Origin: Octopus bimaculoides
Lineage: Eukaryota
Direction: 5' to 3'
Length of the DNA stretch: 64,000 nt
NCBI RefSeq assembly: GCF_001194135.2
Contig: NC_068981.1
Coordinates: forward strand, 113,316,189-113,380,188
Part shown: piece by piece, positions 35,905 through 47,889 of the stretch
Position numbering within the stretch: position 1 is the stretch's first letter
Layout of the letters: the number at the start of each line of letters is the position of its first letter
Notes under the pieces: generated by a model
Databases searched by the model: none
Told to the model about the DNA's origin: nothing
What the model saw: the letters and a program-made list of their open reading frames with translations, nothing else
Translations under genes and position numbers: made by a program

Positions 35905-37680
35905 TCGTCGTCGTCGTCGTTTAACATTCACTTTCCATGCTGGCCTGAGTTGAATGGTTTGAATGAGAGCTGGCAAGCCAGACGGCTGTACCAGGCTCCA
36001 ATCTGATCTGGCAGTTTCTACAGCAGGATGCCCTTCCTAATGCCAACCACTCCGAGAGTGTAGTGGGTGCTTTTTATGCACTACCGGCATAACTTCCAGT
36101 CAGGCGGTACTGGCATCAACCACGCTTGAATGGTGCTGGCAACAATCACGCTCGAATGGTGCCTTTTACGTGCCACTGGCACAAGTGCCTATCAGGTGGT
36201 AATGTCATCACCCATAACAATGACTTCACTTGACTCAACAGGTCTTCACAAGTGCAGTTTATTGCCCAATGGTTGAAGGGTACTCTTAAATGGGCCTGTT
36301 ATGCTGCACAAGCTTAGGTCACGGTTACATTCTCACTTTGCTTGCCAGGTCTTCTCAAGCACAGCATATCTCCAAAGGTCTTGGTCACTCATCATTGCCT
36401 CCATGTGGCCCAATGTTCGAAGGTCATACTTCAGCACATCATCCCAGGTCTTCCTGCATCTACCTCTTCCACAGGTTTCCTCTTCTGCTAGGGAGTGACA
36501 CTTTTTCACACAGCTGCCCTCATCCATATGCAACACATGACCATACAAGCACAGTCGTCTCTTGCATACCACATCTGATGCTTATGTCCAACTTTTCTCT
36601 CAGAGCACTTACACTCTGTTGTGTATGCACACTGACATTACACATCTAGCAGAGCATACTAAATTCATTTCTTGCAAGCTGTCCTCATCAAGCACAGCTC
36701 ATGTTTCACTGCCACGTAGCATGACTGTCCACACACATGCATCATAAAGTCTACGTTTTACTCTAAGCAAGAGGCTCTTTGTCACCAGCAGAGGCACGAG
36801 CTCTCTGAATTTTGCCCTGGCTATTCTTATTCTAGCTGCTACTCTCTAAGAGCATCCACCCCCGCTACTGACATGGTCACCTAGGTAACGGAAGCTATCG
36901 ACTACATGTAATATTCCCCCCTGGAATGTGACGGAAGCTGTTTTCTGCTACCTTCCCAGTTAGCCTCCCTTTGATACTGCTGCACCTCTTAAGTGCCCAT
37001 AACTTACACCAGGTACATCTTATGGAGTTTCTACCTACACCTTTTCAACAGTTCGAACAGAGCTATCTACCTGAAGGGATTTGGGATTTGTCTGCCTTCC
37101 TACTTGTTAAGACTTTGGTTTTTGCTGGATTGAGTCTAAGGCCCTTCGATTCTAGACCTTGCTTCCATATCTGAAACTCCTCTAGTTCTGATAGGTCATC
37201 ATCATTGAGAAGCTCCCAGGGGCATCCTGTCTTGAATTCCTCTGTTATTGCCTGGAGGGCTTTGATGAATAAGAGGGGAGTGAGGACTGATCCTTGGTGG
37301 ACTCCTACCCAGAATTCTTCACTGTACTTGTTTCCAACCCTGACCTTACTGACAGCATCCCTGTACATGGCTTGTCCAGCTCCCACTAACCACTCATCTA
37401 TCCCTAGTTTCCGCATTGACCACCAGATAAGGGATCGGGGAACCCTGTAAAAGGCTTTCTCCATGTCTTACCAGAAATATAGCATCAGTGGTGCTGCTTC
37501 TCCATGGCACAAAACCAAACTGCATCTCATCTATACTAACTCTCTTTCTAATTAGTTGGGTTATGACCTTCTCCATGACTTTCATCACTTGATTCCTTCA
37601 AGTACCATCTGATTAATTATATGGGTGACTAGACCACCAAATATTTTAAGCATCTCAGCAGCCATTCCTAGCGGGCCACA
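35905..37680 (-). mobile_element. RTE-clade LINE, 5'-truncated
   Basis: MEKAFYRVPRSLIWW...GVHQGSVLTPLLF RT; C-terminal LYGHVLHMDEGSCVKKC; 3' UTR. Confidence 0.85.
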
Positions 37681-38139
37681 GGCTTTCTATGTCTTCATAT
37701 ACTTCATGGCTTTGTCTAGAATGCTACTATCCACTTGGATTGCTGGTCCCTGGGCAGATGGTGAAGGCATTCCATCTAGGAGAGGGAAACTCTGATATAA
37801 AACCAGGTCTTTGGTTGCTGAGGGTCTCCTTAACAGGGCTGTACCATCAGCAAACTCTGACTAGGGTAGACTAGGTTCTCCAACTTGTTTATAGCAGCTC
37901 ATCTAGGAAATGGAAACCTCTGAGGAAAAAGCCTGAGGTATGTTGTTCTTGGTATTGTGGCAAGTATGCACACCATATTCTTGCTATCATTACTTCCAAA
38001 AAGTGTGGCTGGTTCTACACAAGTCTTCAACACTCACATCAAATCATATATGTGGGTTTTCTGACAAATTACATTTATTCATTCAATATGACAGCTTCAA
38101 CTTGCAAAATTCAAAAAGTCCTCTGACAAGAGAGTGAAA

Positions 38140-40470
38140 GTGGCAGGGACAGGTAAAGGACATCACTGGAAGTCTCTTGCTGGATCTCTACACAGTCGGC
38201 AACCATTGGGTGATGGCCATTCCAGCACCGAACTTGTGAGTAATTGCACTGCCCATGTCCTCCAGTGGTGACAAGGCAGGTCTATTTAGACACAGCACTG
38301 CTTTCCCCAACAGGGGGAGGGGTAAGGAAACAAACCCCAAACATTGCTTACTCACCTTAATCTTGGCAGCCCACTGCAGCTGTCTGGTTATTCAGTAATG
38401 CAGCCAAAACATGAAAAAAATCTAAGAATATTAACCTTGGTTCTTGGAATGTGCATACTCTCCAAAATAGTCACTTGACACCAAAACAAAAAAATAGCAC
38501 TGGTTGTCCTTGAACTAAAGAAATGCAACATTGACATCGCTGCACTCAGTGAAACTTGTCTTGCAGGATCATCACAGTTTGAAGAAAGTAAAGGTGGATA
38601 CATATTTTTCTGGTGTGGAAGAAATGAAGACAAGCCACGCCACTCTAGTGATGGTTTTACCATCAAAACAGAAATAGCTAGATCCCTTCTTTCTCTACCC
38701 AAAGATATTTCTGATCGCATTATGACACTAACATTGAAACTCGATCATAACATTTGAGCTATGCTTGTCAGTTGCTATGCCCCAACCATGGCCAGCACTG
38801 ATCAGGAAAAGGATGAATTTTACAACCAACTCCGTGATGTCATCTCCAATTGTCACCATAGGGATAAACTTAATATAACCTGGATGCATCCTAGATCTAA
38901 GGATTGACATCTCATAGACTATGATATCACTAAGAAACGAGGTACATTACACATTCCTTTCATAGCACCTGCTACCTCTCTGACTATTCTCTTCTCTGTA
39001 GTAAGGCTACACTCCATCTGAAACACACAAGACTACAAAAGTCATCAGTGCCTAAGCACATTAATGTTCTGCCTTTGAAAACTGCTGAAAACTAGGCTGA
39101 GCTCTCTATCAAGTTGGCCACTGCACTCAACACTGTTGATATCAATGATGACATAGAATCATCTTGGAAGGCTCTGTTTGATACAACACACTCTACATCT
39201 GTAGAGGTTCTTGGACTTCCTATTCATACACATCAAGATTGGTTCACAGATGTCCAACAATTTATAGATAAAATGCACAGCTCTCACAAAACATGGATAA
39301 ATGATAAGAAAAGAGAATACCTACAAGAAATGCACAGGCCAGGTCCAAAGTGCTTTGAGACAGATGAAAGAGGCTTGGTGATCTTTCAAGGCTACTGAAC
39401 TCCTAAAAGCTGCAAACAGAAAGGATTCTAAAACCTTTTATGACGGCCTCAAGAAAGTGTATGGTCCTCAATAGCATGGTGTTATTCCTATTTTCTTCAA
39501 ACAGAAAGACACTGTTGACTGACAAATCTGACATTCACTCTGCCAGAAATTTGGAAACAACATGCTGTACTGCTTGGCATTCATGTAGGAAGCTCCAATA
39601 CAAACATGTACCATTACAAACTTGTACCGAGAGTGATACAAATCAAAAATCCAATCAACATCATGGTGTTTGGAGTGATCACTAATGTTGACATTATGCC
39701 TCCATTCATCTTTCCACATGGCCTTGGACTCAACACGGAGGCTTACATCAAGTGCCTGGAGGAGGTAGTGCTGCCCTGGGTTAAGAGGGTGGCTGCTGGA
39801 AGACCCTATGTCTGACAACAGGTGTGGTGTGCAAGAGAGACGACTCTGCTCTCTTGGTCATGTGCTGTGTATGGGTGAGGAGAGCTATGTCAAGAAGTGT
39901 CACACCCTAACAGTGACAGGAACCTGTGGAAGAGGGATACCCAGGAAGACATGGGATAAGGTGGTGAAGTATGACTTTCAAACGTTAGGCCTCACAGAGG
40001 CAATGACAAAAGACCGAGACCTCTGGAGATATGCTGTGATTGAGAAAACCCAGCAAGTAAGGTGAGATCACAGCCATAGCCTACACCAGTGTTGCATCAC
40101 CAACCCACTTAAAATGTACGTTTGGATCGTTGGGCAACATGCCATGCTTCAGGAGACCTGTTGAGTCAAGTAAATCAAAATCAAAATCAAATCAAATCAC
40201 AATCAAATGGAAATTGTAGTTGTGGTTGATGCCAGTGCTGCCTGACTGGCTCCTGTGCTGGTGGCACGCAATATGCACCATTCAGAAAGTAAGTGCTACT
40301 TCAGACCAAGACACTCAGCAATGAACATGTTATTTTCTCTTTAACAGTGTCTCGAACAAAGTCAACCCCTATATGTGACATTTGTAGACCTAACTATGAT
40401 GTTTCATACAATCGGTAGATCAGGATTGTACATGGTTCTTTGCAAGATGCCCACCAACTTTTCTCCAACT
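38140..40470 (+). mobile_element. RTE/BovB-like LINE (APE to early RT) interrupted by later insertions
   Basis: GSWNVHTL, DIAALSETCL APE motifs (frameshifted) at ~38430-38900; LYVTFVDLT RT piece at ~40370. Confidence 0.7.
39604..39815 (+). mobile_element. Tc1/mariner-superfamily transposase fragment
   Basis: NIMVFGVITNVDIMPPFIFPHGL.LNTEAYIKCLEEVVLPWVKRVAAGRPYV. Confidence 0.75.
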
Positions 40471-40699
40471 TATCATGTCCTTCTGCTGTTGCTATTGTTA
40501 TTGGTGTTGGCATTGTTGGTAGAGAGGACATCATCGGTAGCAATGTTGGTACTGCTATAGCCATCGTTGTTGCTGTTGGAGCTGTTATCAGCATTCTATT
40601 GGTGATGGCTACTGTCATTGTGTCTGTTGAATATTCATCCATACCTAACTGACTATGTAAAGTGCTTATCTACTAGCCTAAGAAACCTACACCCATTTT

Positions 40700-42110
40700 T
40701 TCCTTGAGGAGGAAGAGGGGCAGAAGCAAACCAAATTATATTTTGGCAGCTCTTCCTTCTGTGGATGTTAGGTGGGATTTGCCTGTCATTGCCTCTGTGA
40801 GGCCCAAGATTCAAAAGTCATGCTTCATCACCTCATCCCATGGCCACAGCTACGATTTTGGTCTTCTCAAGCATATCATATTGTCCAAAGCATCAAGGGT
40901 ACTCTTAAATGGGCTGGACATGCAACACTGGCATCGGCCATGACTGTGATCTCACTTTAGTTGCCAGGTCTTCTCAATCACAGAATATCTTCAAAGGTCT
41001 TGCCTGTCATTACCTCTGTGAGGCCCAAGATTCAAAAGTCATGCTTCATCACCTCATCCCATGTCTTCCTGAGTCTACCACTTCCACAGTTAGGGTGTGA
41101 CACTTCATCACACAGCTGTCCTCATCCATACATAACACGTAACCACACCAGCACAATCATCTCACTTGCACACCACATTTGATACTTCTTATGTCCAACT
41201 TTTCTCTCATTCTTTCAAGCCTATGTTTGTCCTCAGCAGTCATGGCCCATGTTTCACTGCTGTGTAACATGGCAGTTCACACGTATGCATCATACAGTCT
41301 ACCTTTCATCCTGAGCAAGAGGCCCTCAGTTGCCAGCAGAGGTAGGAGCTCCCTGAACTTGCCCAGGCTATTCTTATTCTAGCCGCTACACTTTCAGAGC
41401 AACCACCGCCACTACAGACTTGGTCGCCTAGGTAACAGAAGCTATCAACTACTTCTAGTTTTTCCCCCTGGCATGTAATGGAATCTGTTTTCTGTACATC
41501 TTCAGTGTTTATTGCCCTTGTGCATCTGCCACACACAAAAACTATCTTCCTGGTTAACCTTCCTTTGATATGCACCAGGTACATCGTATGGAGTTTCTAT
41601 CTATGCCTTTTCTACAGATCAAGCAGGGCCATCTACCTGAAGGGGTTTGTGATTTGTCTGGCTTCCTACTTACTAAGACTTTGGTTTTAGCTAGGTTAAC
41701 CCTAAAGCTCTTCGATTCTAGACCTTGCTTCCACACCCTAAACTTCGTCGTTAGTTCTGGCAGTGACTCGGCTACTAGAGCAAGGTCATCAGCATAGGGT
41801 AGCCTGTCTTGAATTCCTCTGCTATTGCATGGAGGACTATGATGAATAAGAGGGAGCTAAGGACTGATCCTTGATGAACCCTTACTTTAACCCATAATTC
41901 TTCCCTATACTCATTGCCAACCCTCGCCTTACTGACAGCATCCCTGTGCAGGGCTTGTACAGCTCTTGCCAACCACTCGTCTATCCCCAGTTTCCACATT
42001 GACCACCAGATAAGGGATTAAGGGACCTTGTCAAAGGCTTTCTCCAAGTCAACAAAAACCAAGTACAGAGGTTTATCTCCTGAAGTTGCCTTACCAGTAA
42101 TATAGCATCA
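40700..42110 (-). mobile_element. RTE-clade LINE fragment
   Basis: MWKLGIDEWL...VHQGSVLSSLLF, DSFCYLGD motifs. Confidence 0.8.
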
Positions 42111-43440
42111 TGTTGCAAACTTCAAATTACCAAGCAACTTGCAAAGATTCCATGATGATATAGAATGTATCAACCTTTACCCAAACAGTCTATGGGAAGA
42201 TTTCAAAACAAAAGTATTTCAGGCTGTAAGTTCATCAATGGGATTTAAATCATGTGAGTTCAGTGACTGGTTCTCAGATAAATCAGCAGAAATTCATGAT
42301 CTACAACAAAACTTAGGCAATATACTTCTTTCTCAGTCCTTGAACTCCAACTCAGAAAACTGAAAGGGAAAGTGCTGACTGCTCTAAGAAAAATTAAACA
42401 GGAATGGTGGAATGATAGAGCAAAAGGGGCACAAGAAGTAGTTGATTGAAATGATAGCAAGGGTTTGTATGGCTCAAAATCTTCTTCAATAGTTCCAGTG
42501 AGAACAGCAAATGGACGTTTGCTTCTGACTGACACTGCTTTTATTCATAAGCACTGGGTAGAACATTTTTCTGGGACTTTTGAATAGATCATCATCTGCT
42601 GACAGGAGGATGATAGAAAAAATCGAACACCTTCCAGTTATAGAAGAGATGGCATTTAAACCAACTCTAAATAGCATTTATTTAGCTGTGAATAAGCTGA
42701 ATAACAATAAGTCTCCAGGGTCTGATGGAATCTGTGCAGAAGTCTTGAAATATGGGGGTGACAAAATGCTTGAACTCTTAAATATATTAATTTGTCACTG
42801 TTGGAGAACTGAGAAAGTGCCTCAAGACTGGATTGATGCCATTTTAGTCTCCTTGTATAAAGCAGGGCCAAAGGATCTGTGTGGTAATTTTCGTGGGATT
42901 TCACTTTTGCCTCTGTTAGAACGTTTAAATACCTTCATAGTTTCAAATATGGTGTCTGAGTCTCAGTGTGGTTTTCACTCCTTCAGAGGCACAGCTGATT
43001 GTGTCTTACTATCAAACAATTAAAAGAAAAGTGCATTGAACAGAATCTAGCCCTTTACCATTGCTTTGTTGATTTGAGCAAAACATTTGATACTGTTAAT
43101 TGAAATGCTCTGTGGCTAATTCTAGCAAAAATAGGTTGCCCAGAAAAATTTGTAAACATGATCAGGGCTTTGCATCAAAATATGAAAGCTCGAGTTAGTT
43201 TTGGTGGTAGGCTCTCTGAATCTTTTGCCATGGAAAATGGAGTAAAGCAAGGAGACCTTGATGCACCCACCCTCTGCAATATATTTTGCTGTTGTGTTGT
43301 CACATGCTTTTGAAAACTCTGAGGAGGGTATTTACATAAAATATCAAACAACAGGGAATGTTTTTAATCTGACCAGACTGAAATTCAAAATGACACTTTT
43401 TACTTCAGTCATTAGAGAACTCTTATATGCTGATGATTGT
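42110..43440 (+). mobile_element. RTE/BovB-like RT fragment
   Basis: KSPGSDGICAEVLK, NFRGISLL, ESQCGF, FVDLSKTFDTV, GVKQG, ELLYADDC. Confidence 0.85.
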
Positions 43441-44899
43441 GATGTCCACTTTCCATGCTAGCTTGGGCTGGACGGTTTGACTAAGAACTGGCAAGCCAGG
43501 AGGCTGCACCAGGCTCCATTCTGATTTGACAAAGTTTCTACAGATGGATGCCCTTCCTAATGCCAACTACTCTGAGAGTATTGTGGGTGCTTTTACATCC
43601 CACTAGCATAGGAGCCAGTCTGGCAGTACCGGCATCGGCCATGCTTGAATGGTGCTTTTTACATGCCACCAGTATGGGTGCCGCCAGTCAGGCAGCACGA
43701 GCATTGATATATGTATATCTACATATATACATACGCATATATATACATATGCATTATGTGGGCGATATTCTCAACTGAGACATTATAACTGTCTCTGATT
43801 CTTCAAGTGCTTCAATTCTGTGTATGTGCATATATTTACTAATTGATGATATTTATCAATGGTTTTTCTCATTATGTTGATGTGCTTTTTTATCATCAGT
43901 AAAACTGTCGACATTTTTGACAACACAGGTATGCTACTATATATATATATATNNNNNNNNNNNNNNNNNNNNNNNNNNNNNNNNNNNNNNNNNNNNNNNN
44001 NNNNNNNNNNNNNNNNNNNNNNNNNNNNNNNNNNNNNNNNNNNNNNNNNNNNNNNNNNNNNNNNNNNNNNNNNNNNNNNNNNNNNNNNNNNNNNNNNNNN
44101 NNNNNNNNNNNNNNNNNNNNNNNNNNNNNNNNNNNNNNNNNNNNNNNNNNNNNTTTATATATATATCAGAATCTCAATGAAATCAAAATCAAAAATGGAA
44201 ATTGTAGTTGTGGCTGATGCCAGTGTTGCCTGACTGGCTCTCCTGCTGGTGGCACACAATAAGCACCATTCATGCGTGGGTCATTGCAAGTGGCATGTAA
44301 GAAGCATCATCCAAACGTGGTCGATGCCAGCCCCCCCCCCATCCCACTGGCTCTTGTGCTGGTAGCACGTAAAAAGCACCATCCAAACATGACTGATGCC
44401 AGTGCCACATAACTAGCTCCTGAGCTGGTGGCATGTAAAAAGCACCCACTACACTCTGGGAGTGGTTGGCCTTAGGAAGGGCATCTAGCTGTAGCAGCAT
44501 TAGAGCCTGGTGCGGCCTCCTGGCTTGCCAGTCCCCAGTCAAACCGTCCAACCCATGCCAGCATGGAAAATGGACGTTAAACAATGTTGATGATGATGAT
44601 GATATACACACACACACAACTATATATATATGTGTGTACGTTTGTCGATACATAAGAGTAAGATCCAGGGATCCAAGTGTAAGAAGTTAGTAAGCTTCAA
44701 GCAGTTTGTGGCAGGGAGAGAAAACAAAAAGTTTATAGTGTATGGTCAGGTACATAACAATTTATTGGTGTTGAAGGTTACACACTTTTTCCCCTATCAA
44801 ATTTCCTTATTTAGGAAACTTGATAAACCAAAAATTTCTGCTCACAACTAGAGTTGCTATGAATGCAAATAAAAAAATGAAGTGTGGGAGTGAAACTGG

Positions 44900-45004
44900 T
44901 AAAATCCATGCTACATATGTTTCTTAGCTAGCTAATCTTCTGATGTAATAATTATTCAACGAGGCATATTCAGCTAAGCTATTCATCAGGCGAAGAATAT
45001 TTTA
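44900..45004 (-). ncRNA. Hammerhead ribozyme motif
   Basis: Minus strand: CTGATGA A TAGCTTAGCT..38 nt..AGCTAGCTA A GAAA CATATG TA GC; distal stem I TAAAAT/ATTTTA. Confidence 0.65.
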
Positions 45005-45706
45005 ATTACTTGGGAATCCCAAGTTAACTCACTACAGTTCTGAGTTAAAATGAGTGGTGAAGCTGAAAGAACAAAATAAAAAACAAAGGTTTTAAGAAGC
45101 AAAACAATCAAATGCACACACCTGCACACTCTCACATGCAAAGTGGAGAACATAAAGAGACCACAAAATAAAGGAAATATATTTTTAAAAAAAGCACTGA
45201 AAGGTAACAGTTATAGATATATAGAAGAATTTAAAGTAGAAGGGATATAAGAGGATTAGCTGGGGAATTATTGGGGTGAGACACTCATTTGTACCATAAG
45301 AATATGTTGCATAATTTGTGTTTCCAATTTAGAATAAAGTCACTTTGTTCATTAATGCATCCACTGCATTGTATAATAGATATGATTTCTGCAATGTAGA
45401 AGTTGCATTTGTTGTTATAACCACTATGCAGTTTGGCAATGGGTAACTATGGACCATTTTATACTGTATACAACTAAGTTATGTTTGAGGTTATGAATGA
45501 GTCTAGAATAGGAAGTACTGTTAGTTTTCACTTGAGATTTAAAGCTAGGGTAGTGATTACTAATTCTTGCCTTGATGATCAAGGCTGGCCTTAGGAGGTG
45601 CAGGGCCCAATCGGGAACAATTTTGGTGAGCCCCAGGTTCCCAATCAACTTGCACCAAGCTGTGTATATATGTGTATATTTATGTATGTGTGCATGTGTG
45701 TATGTA

Positions 45707-45744
<38 letters not shown>

Positions 45745-45789
45745 TGTGTATATGATGTATATGTGTGTATGTATGTGCATGTGTGTATA

Positions 45790-47145
45790 TTCTTTTACTT
45801 GTTTCAGTCATTTGATCGTGGCCATGCTGGAGAACCACCTTTAGTTGAACAAATCAACCCCAGGACTTATTCTTTGTAAGCCTAGTACTTATTCTGTCAG
45901 TCTCTTTTGCCGAACCACTAGGTTATGGGGACATAAGCACACCAGCATCGGTTGTCAAGCAATGTTAAGGGGATAAGTACAGACACACAAACACACACAC
46001 ACACACACATATACGACAGGCTTCTTTCAGTTTCCATCTACCAAATCCACTCACAAGGCTTTGGTTCCATGCAGTGGGACTGAACCCAGAACCATGTGGT
46101 TGGTAAGGAAGCTACTTACCACACAGTCACTCCTGCACCTGTGTTTAACTTTAGGGAAACTTTTGTATTTCAATAAAGTGTATTTTATATNNNNNNNNNN
46201 NNNNNNNNNNNNNNNNNNNNNNNNNNNNNNNNNNNNNNNNNNNNNNNNNNNNNNNNNNNNNNNNNNNNNNNNNNNNNNNNNNNNNNNNNNNNNNNNNNNN
46301 NNNNNNNNNNNNNNNNNNNNNNNNNNNNNNNNNNNNNNNNNNNNNNNNNNNNNNNNNNNNNNNNNNNNNNNNNNNNNNNNNNNNNNNNNNNNNNNNNNNN
46401 NNNNNNNNNNNNNNNNNNNNNNNNNNNNNNNNNNNNNNNNNNNNNNNNNNNNNNNNNNNNNNNNNNNNNNNNNNNNNNNNNNNNNNNNNNNNNNNNNNNN
46501 NNNNNNNNNNNNNNNNNNNNNNNNNNNNNNNNNNNNNNNNNNNNNNNNNNNNNNNNNNNNNNNNNNNNNNNNNNNNNNNNNNNNNNNNNNNNNNNNNNNN
46601 NNNNNNNNNNNNNNNNNNNNNNNNNNNNNNNNNNNNNNNNNNNNNNNNNNNNNNNNNNNNNNNNNNNNNNNNNNNNNNNNNNNNNNNNNNNNNNNNNNNN
46701 NNNNNNNNNNNNNNNNNNNNNNNNNNNNNNNNNNNNNNNNNNNNNNNNNNNNNNNNNNNNNNNNNNNNNNNNNNNNNNNNNNNNNNNNNNNNNNNNNNNN
46801 NNNNNNNNNNNNNNNNNNNNNNNNNNNNNNNNNNNNNNNNNNNNNNNNNNNNNNNNNNNNNNNNNNNNNNNNNNNNNNNNNNNNNNNNNNNNNNNNNNNN
46901 NNNNNNNNNNNNNNNNNNNNNNNNNNNNNNNNNNNNNNNNNNNNNNNNNNNNNNNNNNNNNNNNNAACACACACACACACACACATATACGACAGGCTTC
47001 TTTCAGTTTCCATCTACCAAATCCACTCACAAGGCTTTGGTCAGCCCAAGGCTATAGCAGAAAACACTTGCCCAAAGTACCACGCAGTGGGACTGAACCC
47101 GAAACCATGTGGTTGAGAAGCAAGCTTCTTACCACATAGCCACAT
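45790..47145. mobile_element. SINE cluster around an N-gap
   Basis: tttacttgtttcagtcatttga-type repeat at 45790-45990; minus-strand tRNA-SINE copies at ~46000-46140 and ~46970-47145. Confidence 0.65.
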
Positions 47146-47160
47146 ATATATATATATAAT

Positions 47161-47260
47161 AACGTTTCAGTTGATATACCCTCCAGTCTTCATCAGGGGT
47201 CTTGGGGAAATTTCGAACCTGGGTTCTCATTCCTAAGGTATTTTTCAATGTTACTATTAT
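47161..47260 (-). mobile_element. Short Penelope-like pLTR fragment with a degenerate hammerhead core
   Basis: CTGATGA A GACTGG agggtata TCAACT GAAA CG TT; no stem I partner downstream. Confidence 0.45.
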
Positions 47261-47889
47261 TATTATTATTATTTTTATTATTATTATTATTAGTGGACGG
47301 ACGTGTCTCCAGGAGCTCCAGAAGTTTTTGGCCAATTTTTATTGGAAATATTGTTTAAACAACNNNNNNNNNNNNNNNNNNNNNNNNNNNNNNNNNNNNN
47401 NNNNNNNNNNNNNNNNNNNNNNNNNNNNNNNNNNNNNNNNNNNNNNNNNNNNNNNNNNNNNNNNNNNNNNNNNNNNNNNNNNNNNNNNNNNNNNNNNNNN
47501 NNNNNNNNNNNNNNNNNNNNNNNNNNNNNNNNNNNNNNNNNNNNNNNNNNNNNNNNNNNNNNNNNNNNNNNNNNNNNNNNNNNNNNNNNNNNNNNNNNNN
47601 NNNNNNNNNNNNNNNNNNNNNNNNNNNNNNNNNNNNNNNNNNNNNNNNNNNNNNNNNNNNNNNNNNNNNNNNNNNNNNNNNNNNNNNNNNNNNNNNNNNN
47701 NNNNNNNNNNNNNNNNNNNNNNNNNNNNNNNNNNNNNNNNNNNNNNNNNNNNNNNNNNNNNNNNNNNNNNNNNNNNNNNNNNNNNNNNNNNNNNNNNNNN
47801 TCTGTAGCCAAAAACGGGGGGTACATAGAAAAAAAATTAAATTTAAAAAAGGGGTGTTTTTTGGGGGGTACAAAAGGAAATCTTTCATT

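Noticed and set aside
46009-47040. Same ~70 bp on both sides of an N-gap, suggesting a duplication
   Set aside because: Both are copies of a common SINE, or an assembly overlap.
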